DNA of 64,000 nt from Acutalibacteraceae bacterium (GCA_963618495.1 CAVESF010000001.1:40998-104997), one strand, 5' to 3'. Shown: positions 41,254-51,813, counted from the first letter of the stretch. Numbers and translations: made by a program. Notes: generated by a model from the letters alone, not told the origin.

Positions 41254-43285
41254 AGCGGAAATTTCGGGCAGAAGAGTCGCACTCGCTGGCAATCCGAATG
41301 TAGGCAAAAGCACGGTTTTCAATTATCTGACGGGACTGAATCAGCACACGGGAAACTGGACGGGAAAAACCGTCGGGCTTGCCGCGGGCTACTGCCGCGA
41401 TGCGGGCTGTACTCTCGTAGACCTGCCAGGGTGCTATTCCGTCTCGGCAAATTCCGAGGAGGAAGCCGCCGCGCGTGATTTCATCTGCTTCGGAGATGCC
41501 GAGGCGGTCATCGTAGTCTGCGATGCCTCCCGCCTGCAAAGAAATCTCAATCTGCTGATTCAGATTTCGGAGATAACGCCGCATATTCTGCTCTGTGTGA
41601 ACCTGCTCGATGAAGCAAAAGCAAACGGTATCATGCCGGATATTGCCGCGCTCGAGCGCCTGCTCGGCATTCCCACAGTCGGCACAAGCGCAGGCAAAGG
41701 AACAGGCGTTGACGCTATCGCACCGCGCATTCACGAGGCGGCTGAAAATCCCACATCGGGCATTTCCCTGTGCTATACCGACGAGCTGGAAAAAGCGATA
41801 GCAAATCTTCTTCCCACAATAAAAGCGCCCGTCGGAAAAGAGCGTTTCTTCGCCCTGCGCCTGCTTGAGGACGATGCCGATTTCCTGCTTGGGCATGACG
41901 AATACAGCGTGACAGACGAGGCGGCATTGGCGGCAGAAAAGGAGCGTATGCGCGAAATCGGGCTTGACAGCGAGGCGATAAACGCCGAGGTGGTACATAC
42001 CATTTCCGAATATGCGGCGGAAATATGCAGGCGTGCGGTAAAACGCACAGGCAAGGAAAGCTCGGCTTCAGCGCGTGCCGACAGAATACTCTGCGGCAGA
42101 TTCACGGGCTTTGCCGCGATGGCAATGCTGCTTGCCGTCATCTTCTGGATAACCATAGTCGGCGCAAACTACCCATCCGAGGCGCTTTCCTCACTCTTCG
42201 GCAAATTTGAGGGCGTACTACACTGCGCGCTGACAGCTGTCGGAGCGGCGGAATGGCTCATCAGCATGCTCATCTTCGGCATATACCGGACGCTTGCGTG
42301 GATAGTCGCCGTCATGCTTCCGCCGATGGCGATATTCTTCCCGCTTTTCACTCTGCTTGAAGATATCGGTTATCTCCCGAGGATAGCATATAATCTTGAC
42401 CGGTGCTTTGCAGTATGCGGTTCCTGCGGCAAGCAGTCGCTTACCATGTGCATGGGGCTCGGCTGTAATGCGGCGGGCATTGTCGGAGCAAGAATAATAG
42501 ATTCGGAAAAGGAACGCCTCATCGCCATACTCACAAACGCTTTCATGCCATGCAACGGGCGCTTCCCCGCTCTTGTAACGGTGATAACAGTATTTTTCTC
42601 GGCGGGCACGGGACTTCCGTCCGTCGTTTGCGCGCTCATTCTCGCCGCGGTGATACTGCTCGGCGTGATATTCACGCTCATAGCGTCAAGACTTCTCTCG
42701 TCAACCATACTGAATGGCAAAGCGTCATCGTTTATTCTCGAGATGCCGCCGTACCGCAAGCCGAATATACCGCGCGTGATAGTGCGCTCCATGCTGGACA
42801 GGACGGTTTTCGTTCTCGGCAGAGCTGTGATGATAGCCGTGCCTGCGGGACTTCTCATATGGATTCTCGCAAATGTCAGTCCCGGTGGCGTGACCCTGCT
42901 CTCGCATATCTGCTTTTTCCTCGAGCCGCTTGCCTCTCTCTGCGGCATGGACGGCGTTATACTCGCGGCTTTTCTGCTCGGGCTTCCTGCAAACGAGATA
43001 GTCCTGCCGATAATACTCATGGCTTATACCTCGGGAAATGTGCTGACGGAAGCGGGAGCGATAACCGAGGTCGGCGCCATACTTATAGCAAATGGCTGGA
43101 GCATAAAAACAGCACTCTGCTTTCTGATATTTTCAATGGCGCATTTCCCCTGCTCCACCACGCTCATCTCCGTGAAAAAGGAAACAGGAAGTACGCGCTG
43201 GATGCTTATTGCCGCCGCTCTGCCGACTCTCTTCGGCGTGCTCGCCTGTATGCTTGTAAATGCGCTTTTCTCGGTATTTTCATGA
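41210..43285 (+). CDS. feoB: ferrous iron transporter FeoB
   Basis: G-domain motif VALAGNPNVGKSTVFN followed by a polytopic membrane domain. Start at ATG 41210 (GGAGGATGAAA upstream). Overlaps the feoA 3' end. Confidence 0.92.
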   Translation: MGLTGGSTGKSITNKAEISGRRVALAGNPNVGKSTVFNYLTGLNQHTGNWTGKTVGLAAGYCRDAGCTLVDLPGCYSVSANSEEEAAARDFICFGDAEAVIVVCDASRLQRNLNLLIQISEITPHILLCVNLLDEAKANGIMPDIAALERLLGIPTVGTSAGKGTGVDAIAPRIHEAAENPTSGISLCYTDELEKAIANLLPTIKAPVGKERFFALRLLEDDADFLLGHDEYSVTDEAALAAEKERMREIGLDSEAINAEVVHTISEYAAEICRRAVKRTGKESSASARADRILCGRFTGFAAMAMLLAVIFWITIVGANYPSEALSSLFGKFEGVLHCALTAVGAAEWLISMLIFGIYRTLAWIVAVMLPPMAIFFPLFTLLEDIGYLPRIAYNLDRCFAVCGSCGKQSLTMCMGLGCNAAGIVGARIIDSEKERLIAILTNAFMPCNGRFPALVTVITVFFSAGTGLPSVVCALILAAVILLGVIFTLIASRLLSSTILNGKASSFILEMPPYRKPNIPRVIVRSMLDRTVFVLGRAVMIAVPAGLLIWILANVSPGGVTLLSHICFFLEPLASLCGMDGVILAAFLLGLPANEIVLPIILMAYTSGNVLTEAGAITEVGAILIANGWSIKTALCFLIFSMAHFPCSTTLISVKKETGSTRWMLIAAALPTLFGVLACMLVNALFSVFS

Positions 43286-43306
43286 GAAAAATCAACCAAC
43301 GCGAAA

Positions 43307-43336
43307 GCGCGGAAAAACCGAACAGTTTTTCCGCGC
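43307..43336. terminator. bidirectional terminator between convergent feoB and pnp
   Basis: GCGCGGAAAAAC (43307-43318) pairs with GTTTTTCCGCGC (43325-43336), a 12-bp perfect stem. Confidence 0.7.
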
Positions 43337-43357
43337 TTCTGTTATACATATATCCGA

Positions 43358-45460
43358 TTACTGGGGAAGAGCGTCCTTCATGGAGAGATTGAGTCTGCCC
43401 TTTTCGTCTGTTCCGAGGAACTTGACCGTTACATTGTCGCCTACGCTGACAACATCCTCGACAGTCTCAACGCGCTTGTTTGCAAGCTTGGAAATGTGGA
43501 CAAGACCCTCCTTTCCGGGAGCAATCTCAACGAAAGCGCCTATCGGGATGATTCTTGTTACGGTGCCGTTGTAGCAGCAACCCTCCACAGGCTCGAATAC
43601 GATGGCATCGATGATAGTCTTTGCATCCTTTGCGGACTGCTGGTCAACCGCGAGAATATATACTGTACCGTCGTCCTCGATATCAATCTTCGCGCCCGTC
43701 TCGGCAACAATCTTCTGGATTATCTTGCCGCCGGAACCGATAACATCGCGAATCTTATCGGGATTTATCTTCATTGTTATCATCTTTGGAGCATACTTGC
43801 TCATTTCCTCTCTGGGAGCGGGAATAGCCTTGAGGATAACTTCATCTATGATATAATCTCTGCCCTTGTGAGTCTGAGCGAAAGCCTGCTTGATTATCTC
43901 GGGTGTAAGACCGTCAATCTTCAGATCCATCTGAATGGATGTGATACCCTTGTGTGTGCCGGCAACCTTGAAATCCATGTCGCCGTAGAAATCCTCGAGA
44001 CCCTGAATATCAATCATTGTATCCCATGAGCCGTCCTCTGCTGTGATAAGACCGCAGGAAATACCCGCCACGGGAGCCTTTATCGGAACGCCCGCATCCA
44101 TGAGTGCAAGCGTCGAGCCGCATACGGAAGCCTGCGAGGTAGAGCCGTTTGAGCTAACGACCTCGGAAACGAGACGCATTGCATAGGGGAATTCTTCAAC
44201 GGAGGGAAGCACAGGAACGAGCGAACGCTCTGCGAGCGCACCGTGACCGATTTCTCTTCTGCCGGGGCTGCGCAGGGATTTTGCTTCGCCTGTGGAATAG
44301 CCGGGCATATTGTAGTGGTGCATATATCTCTTGGATGTTTCGTCATCCAGTCCCTCAAGCATCTGGCTGTCGGAGAGCGGACCGAGTGTAGCTATAGTGA
44401 GAACCTGTGTCTGCCCGCGGGTAAAGAGACCGGAGCCGTGTGTTCTCGGGAGGAGAGCAACCTCTGCCGCGAGAGGACGGATTTCATCCATCCTTCTGCC
44501 GTCTACGCGCTTCTTGTCGTTGAGAAGCCAGCGGCGGACAATCTTTTTCTGAATCTTGTAGATAAGCTCGGGGAGCATCACGTCAAGACCCTCGTATTTC
44601 TCGGAGAATTTCTCGAGGATATCGTCCATTATTGGCTGCATCTTTGCATCGCGTACAGTCTTGTCGTCTGTATCGAGAGCTTCCATGACAGCGGCTTCGC
44701 AATATGCGAATATTTCATCAAACATATCATGGTCAAGCTCGCAAGAGGGATATTCGAATTTCGGCTTGCCGACTGTGGCAATTATCTCATTGATGAAAAC
44801 GAGAAGCTTCTTTATCTCTTCATGAGCTTTCATGATGGCGTTGAACATCGTGTCGTCGTCAACTTCGCGCGCGCCCGCCTCAATCATGACGACTTTCTTT
44901 TCGCTTGCCGCTACGGTGAGTTCAAGGTCGCTTACCTTGCGCTGCTCTGCTGTGGGGTTGATAACAATCCCGCCGTCAACAAGACCGACAAAAGCGCCGC
45001 CGATAGGTCCGTTCCACGGAATATCGGAAATGGAAAGCGCGATGGATGCGCCTATCATTGCTGTGATTTCGGGTGAGCAGTCGGGATCGACGGACATTAC
45101 CGTCAGCGTGAGAGCGACATCGTTGCGCAGGTCCTTCGGAAAGAGAGGACGGACTGGACGGTCGATGACGCGGCTTGTGAGTATAGCCTTTTCGGACGGC
45201 TTGCCCTCGCGGCGAAGGAATCCGCCGGGGATTTTACCTACCGAATAGAGCTTTTCGTCATAGTCGACGGAAAGCGGCAGGAAATCGATGCCGTCTCTCG
45301 GCTTTGCGCTTGCCGTAGCGCAGGCGAGAACAACCGTCTCGCCGTAGCTTATCATGCAAGAGCCGTTTGCAAGACCGGCAACCTTACCGACCTCGACCTT
45401 GAGAGGTCTGCCGGCATAGTTATACTCGAATACTTTGTGATTTTCAAATACTTTCTGCAT
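43358..45460 (-). CDS. pnp: polyribonucleotide nucleotidyltransferase (PNPase)
   Basis: Two RNase PH-like domains plus KH and S1 domains. 700 aa. RBS AGGAGG. Follows rpsO. Confidence 0.95.
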   Translation of the reverse strand: MQKVFENHKVFEYNYAGRPLKVEVGKVAGLANGSCMISYGETVVLACATASAKPRDGIDFLPLSVDYDEKLYSVGKIPGGFLRREGKPSEKAILTSRVIDRPVRPLFPKDLRNDVALTLTVMSVDPDCSPEITAMIGASIALSISDIPWNGPIGGAFVGLVDGGIVINPTAEQRKVSDLELTVAASEKKVVMIEAGAREVDDDTMFNAIMKAHEEIKKLLVFINEIIATVGKPKFEYPSCELDHDMFDEIFAYCEAAVMEALDTDDKTVRDAKMQPIMDDILEKFSEKYEGLDVMLPELIYKIQKKIVRRWLLNDKKRVDGRRMDEIRPLAAEVALLPRTHGSGLFTRGQTQVLTIATLGPLSDSQMLEGLDDETSKRYMHHYNMPGYSTGEAKSLRSPGRREIGHGALAERSLVPVLPSVEEFPYAMRLVSEVVSSNGSTSQASVCGSTLALMDAGVPIKAPVAGISCGLITAEDGSWDTMIDIQGLEDFYGDMDFKVAGTHKGITSIQMDLKIDGLTPEIIKQAFAQTHKGRDYIIDEVILKAIPAPREEMSKYAPKMITMKINPDKIRDVIGSGGKIIQKIVAETGAKIDIEDDGTVYILAVDQQSAKDAKTIIDAIVFEPVEGCCYNGTVTRIIPIGAFVEIAPGKEGLVHISKLANKRVETVEDVVSVGDNVTVKFLGTDEKGRLNLSMKDALPQ

Positions 45461-45534
45461 TTTTTGCCTCCTGAAAATAAAATTTTTTATTTCTTATCCG
45501 CAAAAACGCCCGACCTGTTTAGCACTTAATGAAA

Positions 45535-45560
45535 AGCCGGAGAGCGACCGTATTCCGGCT
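45535..45560 (-). promoter_or_regulatory. hairpin in the rpsO-pnp spacer (attenuator or processing-site candidate)
   Basis: On the minus strand, AGCCGGA pairs with TCCGGCT (7 bp) and is followed by TTTCATT. It lies about 75 nt upstream of the pnp ATG. Confidence 0.4.
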
Positions 45561-45637
45561 CTTTATTAACTGCTATACAAGACAAAACGGAATTTTGCGG
45601 GATAATTCGATATGAAAAGCTGACTCGGACAAACACT

Positions 45638-45670
45638 GCAGGGACACGTTTGCAAAAAACGCGCCCCTGC
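45638..45670 (-). terminator. long hairpin immediately after rpsO
   Basis: On the minus strand, GCAGGGGCGCGTTT pairs with AAACGTGTCCCTGC (14 bp including 2 G-T pairs). The tail is only partly T-rich. Confidence 0.45.
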
Positions 45671-45677
45671 CGCAAAA

Positions 45678-45944
45678 TTACTTTCTGAGACCGAGCTTCT
45701 TTACTATCGCACGATAGCGCTCGATATCCTTTTTCTGGAGATAACCGAGAAGATTTCTTCTCTTACCTACCATTTTGAGAAGTCCTCTGCCGCTGTGGCG
45801 GTCATGGGGATTCTTCTTCATATGCTCTGTGAGCTCGTTGATTCTCGTTGTGAGAATGGCAATCTGAACCTCGGGAGAGCCTGTGTCTGTCTCATGGGTT
45901 TTGTACTCGGCGATGACGCCCTGTTTTTCTTCTTTGTTAAGCAT
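45678..45944 (-). CDS. rpsO: 30S ribosomal protein S15
   Basis: [63 protein letters not shown]..., 88 aa. Start at the internal ATG 45944 (GAGGTGAAAATC upstream). Confidence 0.93.
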   Translation of the reverse strand: MLNKEEKQGVIAEYKTHETDTGSPEVQIAILTTRINELTEHMKKNPHDRHSGRGLLKMVGKRRNLLGYLQKKDIERYRAIVKKLGLRK

Positions 45945-46063
45945 GATTTTCACCTCATAAATATTTTTTATGCAGAAATCGCACAGCAGAGCAAGCGGCG
46001 GGTGAAAGCGCTTATAAAAAGCCTTATATCCGCAAACCAAGCAGGCGACCGCATACGGTTAGG

Positions 46064-46092
46064 ATTATACCATAGTTTTTCCCGATTGTAAA
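46064..46092 (-). promoter_or_regulatory. sigma-A type promoter for rpsO (gives a ~110-nt leader)
   Basis: On the minus strand: TTTACA (46092-46087), 17 nt spacer, TGgTATAAT (hexamer 46069-46064). Confidence 0.55.
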
Positions 46093-46140
46093 GGGTTTTT
46101 ATGAAAAAATCCTATATTTTCAAAAATTTTCAAAAATCTG

Positions 46141-46169
46141 TTGCAAAAAACACGAAAATAGTATAAAAT
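46141..46169 (+). promoter_or_regulatory. sigma-A type promoter for fba
   Basis: TTGCAA (46141-46146), 17 nt spacer, TAAAAT (46164-46169). Confidence 0.45.
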
Positions 46170-46241
46170 AAAGGACGATAAAAATTTTATTTCGCGGGTT
46201 TACGGAAGAAACGCCGCTCCCGCGGGAAAGAGGTTTAGAAA

Positions 46242-47207
46242 ATGGCTATAGTAACAACAAAGGAAATGTTCAAAAAAGCTTATGAGGGCGGCTATGCCGT
46301 AGGCGCCTTCAACATCAACAATATGGAGATAGTTCAGGCTATCACCGAAGCTGCGGCAGAGCAGAAATCTCCTGTTATTCTTCAGGTTTCCGCAGGCGCA
46401 CGCAAATATGCAAAGCACGCTTATCTCATGGCTCTCGCTCATGCGGCAGCTGAGGACAGCGGCGTTGACTTCGCTCTCCATCTCGACCACGGCGCGGATT
46501 TCGATATCTGCAAGGCATGCATCGACGGCGGCTTCTCTTCCGTCATGATAGACGGCTCCAAGCATTCTTTCGAGGACAATATCGCCCTTACAAAGAAGGT
46601 TGTGGAATATGCTCATGCACACGGTGTTGTCGTAGAGGGTGAGCTCGGCAAGCTCGCAGGCATCGAGGATGATGTTCATGTTGCGGCAGAGGATTCTTCC
46701 TATACCCGCCCCGAAGAGGTTGAGGAGTTTGTAACAAAGACAGGCGTTGACTCGCTCGCAATCGCCATCGGCACAAGCCACGGCGCATATAAGTTCACAC
46801 CCGAGCAGTGTACAAGAAATGCCGACGGAATCCTTGTTCCGCCTCCGCTCCGCTTCGATATTCTCGAGGAAATCTCCAAGAGACTTCCCTGCTTCCCGAT
46901 AGTTCTGCACGGCGCTTCTTCCGTTCCGCAGGAATATGTAAAGGAAATCAACGCGCTCGGCGGCAAGCTTCCCGACGCTATCGGTATTCCCGAGGATGAG
47001 CTCCGTCATGCCGCTCAGATGGCAGTATGCAAGATAAATATCGACTCCGATATCCGTCTCGCCATGACAGCCGCTATCCGCCGCGTTCTTGCAAACGACC
47101 CGTCTGTTTTCGACCCGCGCACATATCTCTCCGTTGCACGCGACGAAGTAAAGAAGATGGTTACGCACAAGATGGTTGATGTTCTCGGCTCCAACGGCAA
47201 GGCGTAA
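46242..47207 (+). CDS. fba: class II fructose-1,6-bisphosphate aldolase
   Basis: MAIVTTKEMFKKAYEGGYAVGAFNINNMEIVQAI... and the LHLDHG motif. 321 aa. Confidence 0.92.
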   Translation: MAIVTTKEMFKKAYEGGYAVGAFNINNMEIVQAITEAAAEQKSPVILQVSAGARKYAKHAYLMALAHAAAEDSGVDFALHLDHGADFDICKACIDGGFSSVMIDGSKHSFEDNIALTKKVVEYAHAHGVVVEGELGKLAGIEDDVHVAAEDSSYTRPEEVEEFVTKTGVDSLAIAIGTSHGAYKFTPEQCTRNADGILVPPPLRFDILEEISKRLPCFPIVLHGASSVPQEYVKEINALGGKLPDAIGIPEDELRHAAQMAVCKINIDSDIRLAMTAAIRRVLANDPSVFDPRTYLSVARDEVKKMVTHKMVDVLGSNGKA

Positions 47208-47222
47208 TCGAGGAACATAAAA

Positions 47223-47942
47223 ATGAAGTGGCGTAAAACCATCATCACTGATATGCACGATGCGGACAGCATGCGGGTCATCCGACCCGCCGGTCTGCTG
47301 AAATATCTGCATACCGCATCAAACGAACAGCTCGCCGTAAACTACGGGCTAACCGAAGATGAGCTTCGTCGCCGCGATACCGCTTTCATCCTCAGCGCCA
47401 TGAATGTCGATATTTACAAACCGATATATATGGAAGAGGAAATCAAGGTCACCACCTTTGCGGAGATTTCGCACGGAGTGAAAATCGGGCGTACATATGA
47501 GGTTCGCCGCGGTGAGGAGCTTGTGGCAATCGCACATGGGCAGTTTGCTCTCGTTCGTATAAGCAACCGCTCTTTTGTGCGCGTGGATGAGCTGGGTCAT
47601 ACATTTGATGCGGAAGAAAGAACCTCCGCCACAACTTTTGACAGCAGGATAAAACCTGTGAAAACAGAGGAAATGACGGCAGCGGGAAAGTTTACCGTAC
47701 CTTACAGCTTCATCGACAGAAACAGGCATATGAACAATACCTGGTATGCCGATATGCTTCTCTCAGCCGTACCGGATTTCTCGGCAGAACGCGTCTCCGC
47801 CTTTTGCATATCTTATCTGCACGAGGCAAAGCTCGGCGACGAGCTTTCGCTCTATTATGCCTTTGACGGAGAGAAATATACCGTCAAAAGCGCATTTGCC
47901 GACGGCAGTGTGAACGCGCTCGCCGCAGTGATAATGAAATAA
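47223..47942 (+). CDS. acyl-ACP thioesterase
   Basis: Double hot-dog layout with the catalytic-type motif DRNRHMNNTWY (D-x-N-x-H-V/M-NN). 239 aa. Confidence 0.7.
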   Translation: MKWRKTIITDMHDADSMRVIRPAGLLKYLHTASNEQLAVNYGLTEDELRRRDTAFILSAMNVDIYKPIYMEEEIKVTTFAEISHGVKIGRTYEVRRGEELVAIAHGQFALVRISNRSFVRVDELGHTFDAEERTSATTFDSRIKPVKTEEMTAAGKFTVPYSFIDRNRHMNNTWYADMLLSAVPDFSAERVSAFCISYLHEAKLGDELSLYYAFDGEKYTVKSAFADGSVNALAAVIMK

Positions 47943-47960
47943 CACTCAGACGTCGCCTGT

Positions 47961-48008
47961 ATCCTCCTTTGATATTTCGCAATCGGGATATCAAAGGAGG
48001 ATTTTTTG
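47961..48008 (+). terminator. strong rho-independent terminator after the thioesterase gene
   Basis: ATCCTCCTTTGATAT (47961-47975) pairs with ATATCAAAGGAGGAT (47988-48002), a 15-bp perfect stem followed by TTTTT. Confidence 0.8.
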
Positions 48009-48126
48009 CCCATATAAAATATGGAGCAATTTGCTCGGCACCGCTTCGCTGAAGGGAAAATCAGGAACTCACACGGGCTCCATTTTTGTGCTTTTGCGGC
48101 GGTTTTGCGTGAAAACGGGCAAGAAC

Positions 48127-48160
48127 ACCGAAAGGCGGGAAATCTCACGGATTTCCCGCC
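48127..48160 (-). terminator. rho-independent terminator after the ABC exporter pair
   Basis: GGCGGGAAATC (48134-48144) pairs with GATTTCCCGCC (48150-48160). The minus-strand tail is TTTCGGTG. Confidence 0.65.
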
Positions 48161-48173
48161 CTTCATTATGCCG

Positions 48174-50084
48174 TCAGGTCTCTATTCCCGCGAACTGCGA
48201 CATATAGAGTCCGTAATATACGCCCTCTGCGGCGATAAGCTCATCATGATTTCCGGCTTCGACGATTCTGCCGTCGTCGAGAACGATTATCTTATCCGCA
48301 TCGCGTATGGTCGAAAGTCTGTGCGCTATTATCAGCGTGGTTCTTCCCTGCATCAGATTTATCATCGCGCTCTGGATATCCATCTCCGTTCGCGTATCGA
48401 CGCTCGAGGTCGCCTCATCGAGAATGAGTATCTTCGGATCTGCCAGTATCGCGCGGGCAATGGTAAGCAGCTGTTTCTGTCCCTGACTTATATTGCCACC
48501 CGATTCATCAAGCACCGTATCGTAACCCTCGGGCATACGTGTGATGAAATCATGCGCTTTTGCCGCCTTTGCCGCCGCTTCCGTTTCCGCTTCGCTTGCC
48601 TCAGGTCTGCCGTAGCGGATATTTGCACCTACCGTATCCGAGAAAAGCACCGTATCCTGCAAGACTATCGCTATATTCTTTCGGAGCGACTCTTTCGTTA
48701 TCTCACGGATATCCGTGCCGTCCAGCAGTATTTTTCCGCTGTCCGTCTCATAGAAACGCGTCAGCAGATTGATTATCGTCGTTTTGCCCGAGCCTGTCTT
48801 TCCGACTATGGCTATCTTCTGTCCGCTTGAAATTTCCAGATTGAAATTTTTCAGCACAGGTTCGCTCGGAACATATGAGAAGCAGATATTTCGGAATGAA
48901 ATATTGCCCTTGATATCAGCCGGCAAAAGTGCCTTTTTACCCTCGTCTGTCTCATCGTTCTGATCCATAATCTCAAAAACACGCTCCGCGCCGGTTATCG
49001 CATTGAGTATCGAGGTATACTGGTTTGCCACCTCGTTTATCGGGCGTGTAAACTGCTTGGAATACTGGATGAAAACATATATCGTAGTGATGCCGATAAG
49101 CCCTTTCATTGTAAATAGCGCACCGCATATTACGATAAGCAGAAAGCCGATATTGCCGATGATATTCATGAGCGGACCCATAACTCCGCCGAAAATTTCC
49201 GCCTTGATGCCCGCCGTGCGCAGCTCGTCGCCCGTGCGGTTGAATTCATCTTTTATCTCGTTTTCGTGACTGAAAGCGACGACGGTCTTATAGCCCGTCA
49301 CGCTCTCCTCCACCTGCGAGTTTATCGCGCCGAGAAGCTGCTGCTGACGCATAAAATACTTGCGGACATATTTCGTCAGCTTTGTTGTAACAAGCACAGT
49401 CAGCGGAATAGTCACAAGAGCGACGAGCGTCATCTGCCAGCTATGATAAAGCATCAGCGAGAAAGCGCCGATTATCGTTATGATACTGGAGATGAGCGAT
49501 GTCACCGAGTTGGAAACGGTATTTGAAATATTTTCTATATCGTTTGTCATGCGGCTCATGATATCGCCGTGCGGATGATTGTCGATATATTTTATCGGGA
49601 GCTTCTCTATCTTGCGGAAAAGGTCGCCGCGCATACGATAGACTGTTTTCTGCGAGAGCTTTGCCGAAATATGCCCCTGAATATATGTGAAAAGCGATGA
49701 GAGCAGATATACCGCGCCAAGGAGCACGAGTACCTTTGCCATGCCCGCGAAATCGACCTTTACAGTGCCGTTTTCGAGGATTATCAGCTTGCCTCCCTCA
49801 TCTGTCGACGGCGTGAGAAATTTCAGTGCCTCTCCCTGAATGGAAGGACCTGCGAGGTTGAGGAGCGCCGAAATGATAACGCTTGCCACAAGCATGATTA
49901 TCATGAATTTATTCGTGACTATATATTTGATAAGCCTTGAGAGCGTCTTTTTCATGTTCTTCGGCTTTTCCGCCACCATGCTCATGCCGCGACGCGGACC
50001 GCCGCCGGGACGCATATCCATCTGCTTCTTGTCGCCGCCCTGCGGTGCGCCCATGGGTTTTTGCGTATTATTCAATGCTCTCAC
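48174..50084 (-). CDS. ABC exporter, fused permease/ATPase (heterodimer partner 2)
   Basis: Six-TM domain followed by Walker A GKTGSGKTT, signature LSQGQKQLL and Walker B ILILDEATS. Confidence 0.88.
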   Translation of the reverse strand: MRALNNTQKPMGAPQGGDKKQMDMRPGGGPRRGMSMVAEKPKNMKKTLSRLIKYIVTNKFMIIMLVASVIISALLNLAGPSIQGEALKFLTPSTDEGGKLIILENGTVKVDFAGMAKVLVLLGAVYLLSSLFTYIQGHISAKLSQKTVYRMRGDLFRKIEKLPIKYIDNHPHGDIMSRMTNDIENISNTVSNSVTSLISSIITIIGAFSLMLYHSWQMTLVALVTIPLTVLVTTKLTKYVRKYFMRQQQLLGAINSQVEESVTGYKTVVAFSHENEIKDEFNRTGDELRTAGIKAEIFGGVMGPLMNIIGNIGFLLIVICGALFTMKGLIGITTIYVFIQYSKQFTRPINEVANQYTSILNAITGAERVFEIMDQNDETDEGKKALLPADIKGNISFRNICFSYVPSEPVLKNFNLEISSGQKIAIVGKTGSGKTTIINLLTRFYETDSGKILLDGTDIREITKESLRKNIAIVLQDTVLFSDTVGANIRYGRPEASEAETEAAAKAAKAHDFITRMPEGYDTVLDESGGNISQGQKQLLTIARAILADPKILILDEATSSVDTRTEMDIQSAMINLMQGRTTLIIAHRLSTIRDADKIIVLDDGRIVEAGNHDELIAAEGVYYGLYMSQFAGIET

Positions 50085-51813
50085 CTCTCTTCAGCTGTGA
50101 ATTGTAAATATCGCGATAAACATCGCTTGTTTCGAGCAGTTCGGCGTGTTTGCCGACAGCGGAAATATTGCCACCGTCGAGTACGACTATCCTGTCCGCA
50201 TTCATGACGCTTGCCACGCGCTGTGCTATCGTGATGACCGTCGTATCAGCCATTTCGCTTCGCAGAGCCGCGGAAAGTTTCGCGCTTGTTTTCAGGTCGA
50301 GTGCCGACATGCTGTCGTCGAAAATGATTATTTCCGGCTTTTTCAGTATCGCGCGGGCGATGGAAAGTCTCTGCTTCTGTCCGCCCGAGAGCGATGCGCC
50401 TTTCTCCGCTATCATCGTGTCGTAGCCCTCGTTAAACGATTCTATGAAGCTGTCCGCCTGCGCAATCTCGGCGGCTTTTTTCAGCTCGGCATCGCTTGCC
50501 TCAGGATTGCCCCAGCGCAGATTTTCCGCCACAGTGCCGGAGAAAAGCTCGCTCTTCTGAAGCACGAGCGCAACCTTGCTGCGCAGCTCCTCAAAGGAAT
50601 AATCGCGCACATCCTCACCGTCGAGCAGGACTCTGCCGCCCGTCACATCGTAGAAGCGCGGTATCAGATTTACAAGCGAGGTCTTGCCCGAACCTGTGGC
50701 TCCGAGTATGGCGATATTTTCGCCCTGCTTTATATCGAGATTGATACCCGAGAGCACAGGAGCGGAATTTTCAGGAGAATCGGGATAGCGGAAGCTTACA
50801 TTTTCAAATGTGACGCAACCCTTTTCTCCGTTTGCTCCCTCCGCGCCGTGTCCCTCGACAACGGCAGGCTCGGCATCAAGCACCTCTTCTATTCTGCGTG
50901 CGGAAGCCGAAGCGCGGGAGAAGCTCTGGAATATCATGGATATCATCATCATGCTCATCAGAATCTGCGAAATATATGTCACAGCCGCCATGATATCGCC
51001 TACAAGTATACCGCCAACCTCGGAAACCTGCTTTCCGCCGACGGCGATAAGCGCGATAACAGCAAAATTCAGCACTATCATCATGAAAGGACTGAGCAGA
51101 GCCATAAGCTTCTGGATTCTGAACATCGTGACTGACAAGTCCTTGTTTGCCGCGTCAAAACGCTCGTTTTCGTGCTCTTCGCGCACATAAGCCTTGACGA
51201 CGCGGGCACCCGTGACATTTTCCTGCACCACGGAATTTACCTTATCGAGCTTTTTCTGCACGGCATCGAACATCGGGCGCACCTTGCCTACGACAAAAAG
51301 CACCACGATAAGCTGTATCGGAATGGTGACTGCTATGACTATGCCGAATTTCGTATTGAGTGCAAGCGCCTTGATTATACCTCCGACAAAGAATATCGGC
51401 GAGCGGAAAAACATGCGAAGTCCCGTCGAAACAAACTGCTGAACCATCGAGATATCGTTTGTCATTCGCGTGACGAGCGAACCTGTGGTGAAATCGTCGG
51501 TCTGCTCTATCGAGAGCGACATCACCTTGGCAAAGGCGGATTTGCGCAGGCTGTTTCCGAAGTTCTGCGAGGCATAGGAAGCGAAAAACGCCGCACCCAC
51601 GCCGAATATGCCTCCGAGGATGACATATATCAGCATCTTTATGCCCAGCGGCAATATGACATCCATTCCGCCGCCGTTTATTATACCTTCATTCACTATA
51701 TCCGCCATCACGGTAGGAAGTTCGAGGTCGATAAGCACCTCGCCCACCATGAATATCGGCGACCATATGGCAATGAACCAATATGGCTTTAGATATGATA
51801 AAACCTTTTTCAT
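50068..51813 (-). CDS. ABC exporter, fused permease/ATPase (heterodimer partner 1)
   Basis: Six-TM domain followed by GATGSGKTS, LSGGQKQRL and IIIFDDSMSALD. Overlaps the next gene by 17 nt. Confidence 0.88.
   Translation of the reverse strand: MKKVLSYLKPYWFIAIWSPIFMVGEVLIDLELPTVMADIVNEGIINGGGMDVILPLGIKMLIYVILGGIFGVGAAFFASYASQNFGNSLRKSAFAKVMSLSIEQTDDFTTGSLVTRMTNDISMVQQFVSTGLRMFFRSPIFFVGGIIKALALNTKFGIVIAVTIPIQLIVVLFVVGKVRPMFDAVQKKLDKVNSVVQENVTGARVVKAYVREEHENERFDAANKDLSVTMFRIQKLMALLSPFMMIVLNFAVIALIAVGGKQVSEVGGILVGDIMAAVTYISQILMSMMMISMIFQSFSRASASARRIEEVLDAEPAVVEGHGAEGANGEKGCVTFENVSFRYPDSPENSAPVLSGINLDIKQGENIAILGATGSGKTSLVNLIPRFYDVTGGRVLLDGEDVRDYSFEELRSKVALVLQKSELFSGTVAENLRWGNPEASDAELKKAAEIAQADSFIESFNEGYDTMIAEKGASLSGGQKQRLSIARAILKKPEIIIFDDSMSALDLKTSAKLSAALRSEMADTTVITIAQRVASVMNADRIVVLDGGNISAVGKHAELLETSDVYRDIYNSQLKRGESIE

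Noticed and set aside
46200-47312. 370-aa ORF antisense to fba.
   Set aside because: The fba frame is unambiguous. The antisense ORF has no RBS or motifs.
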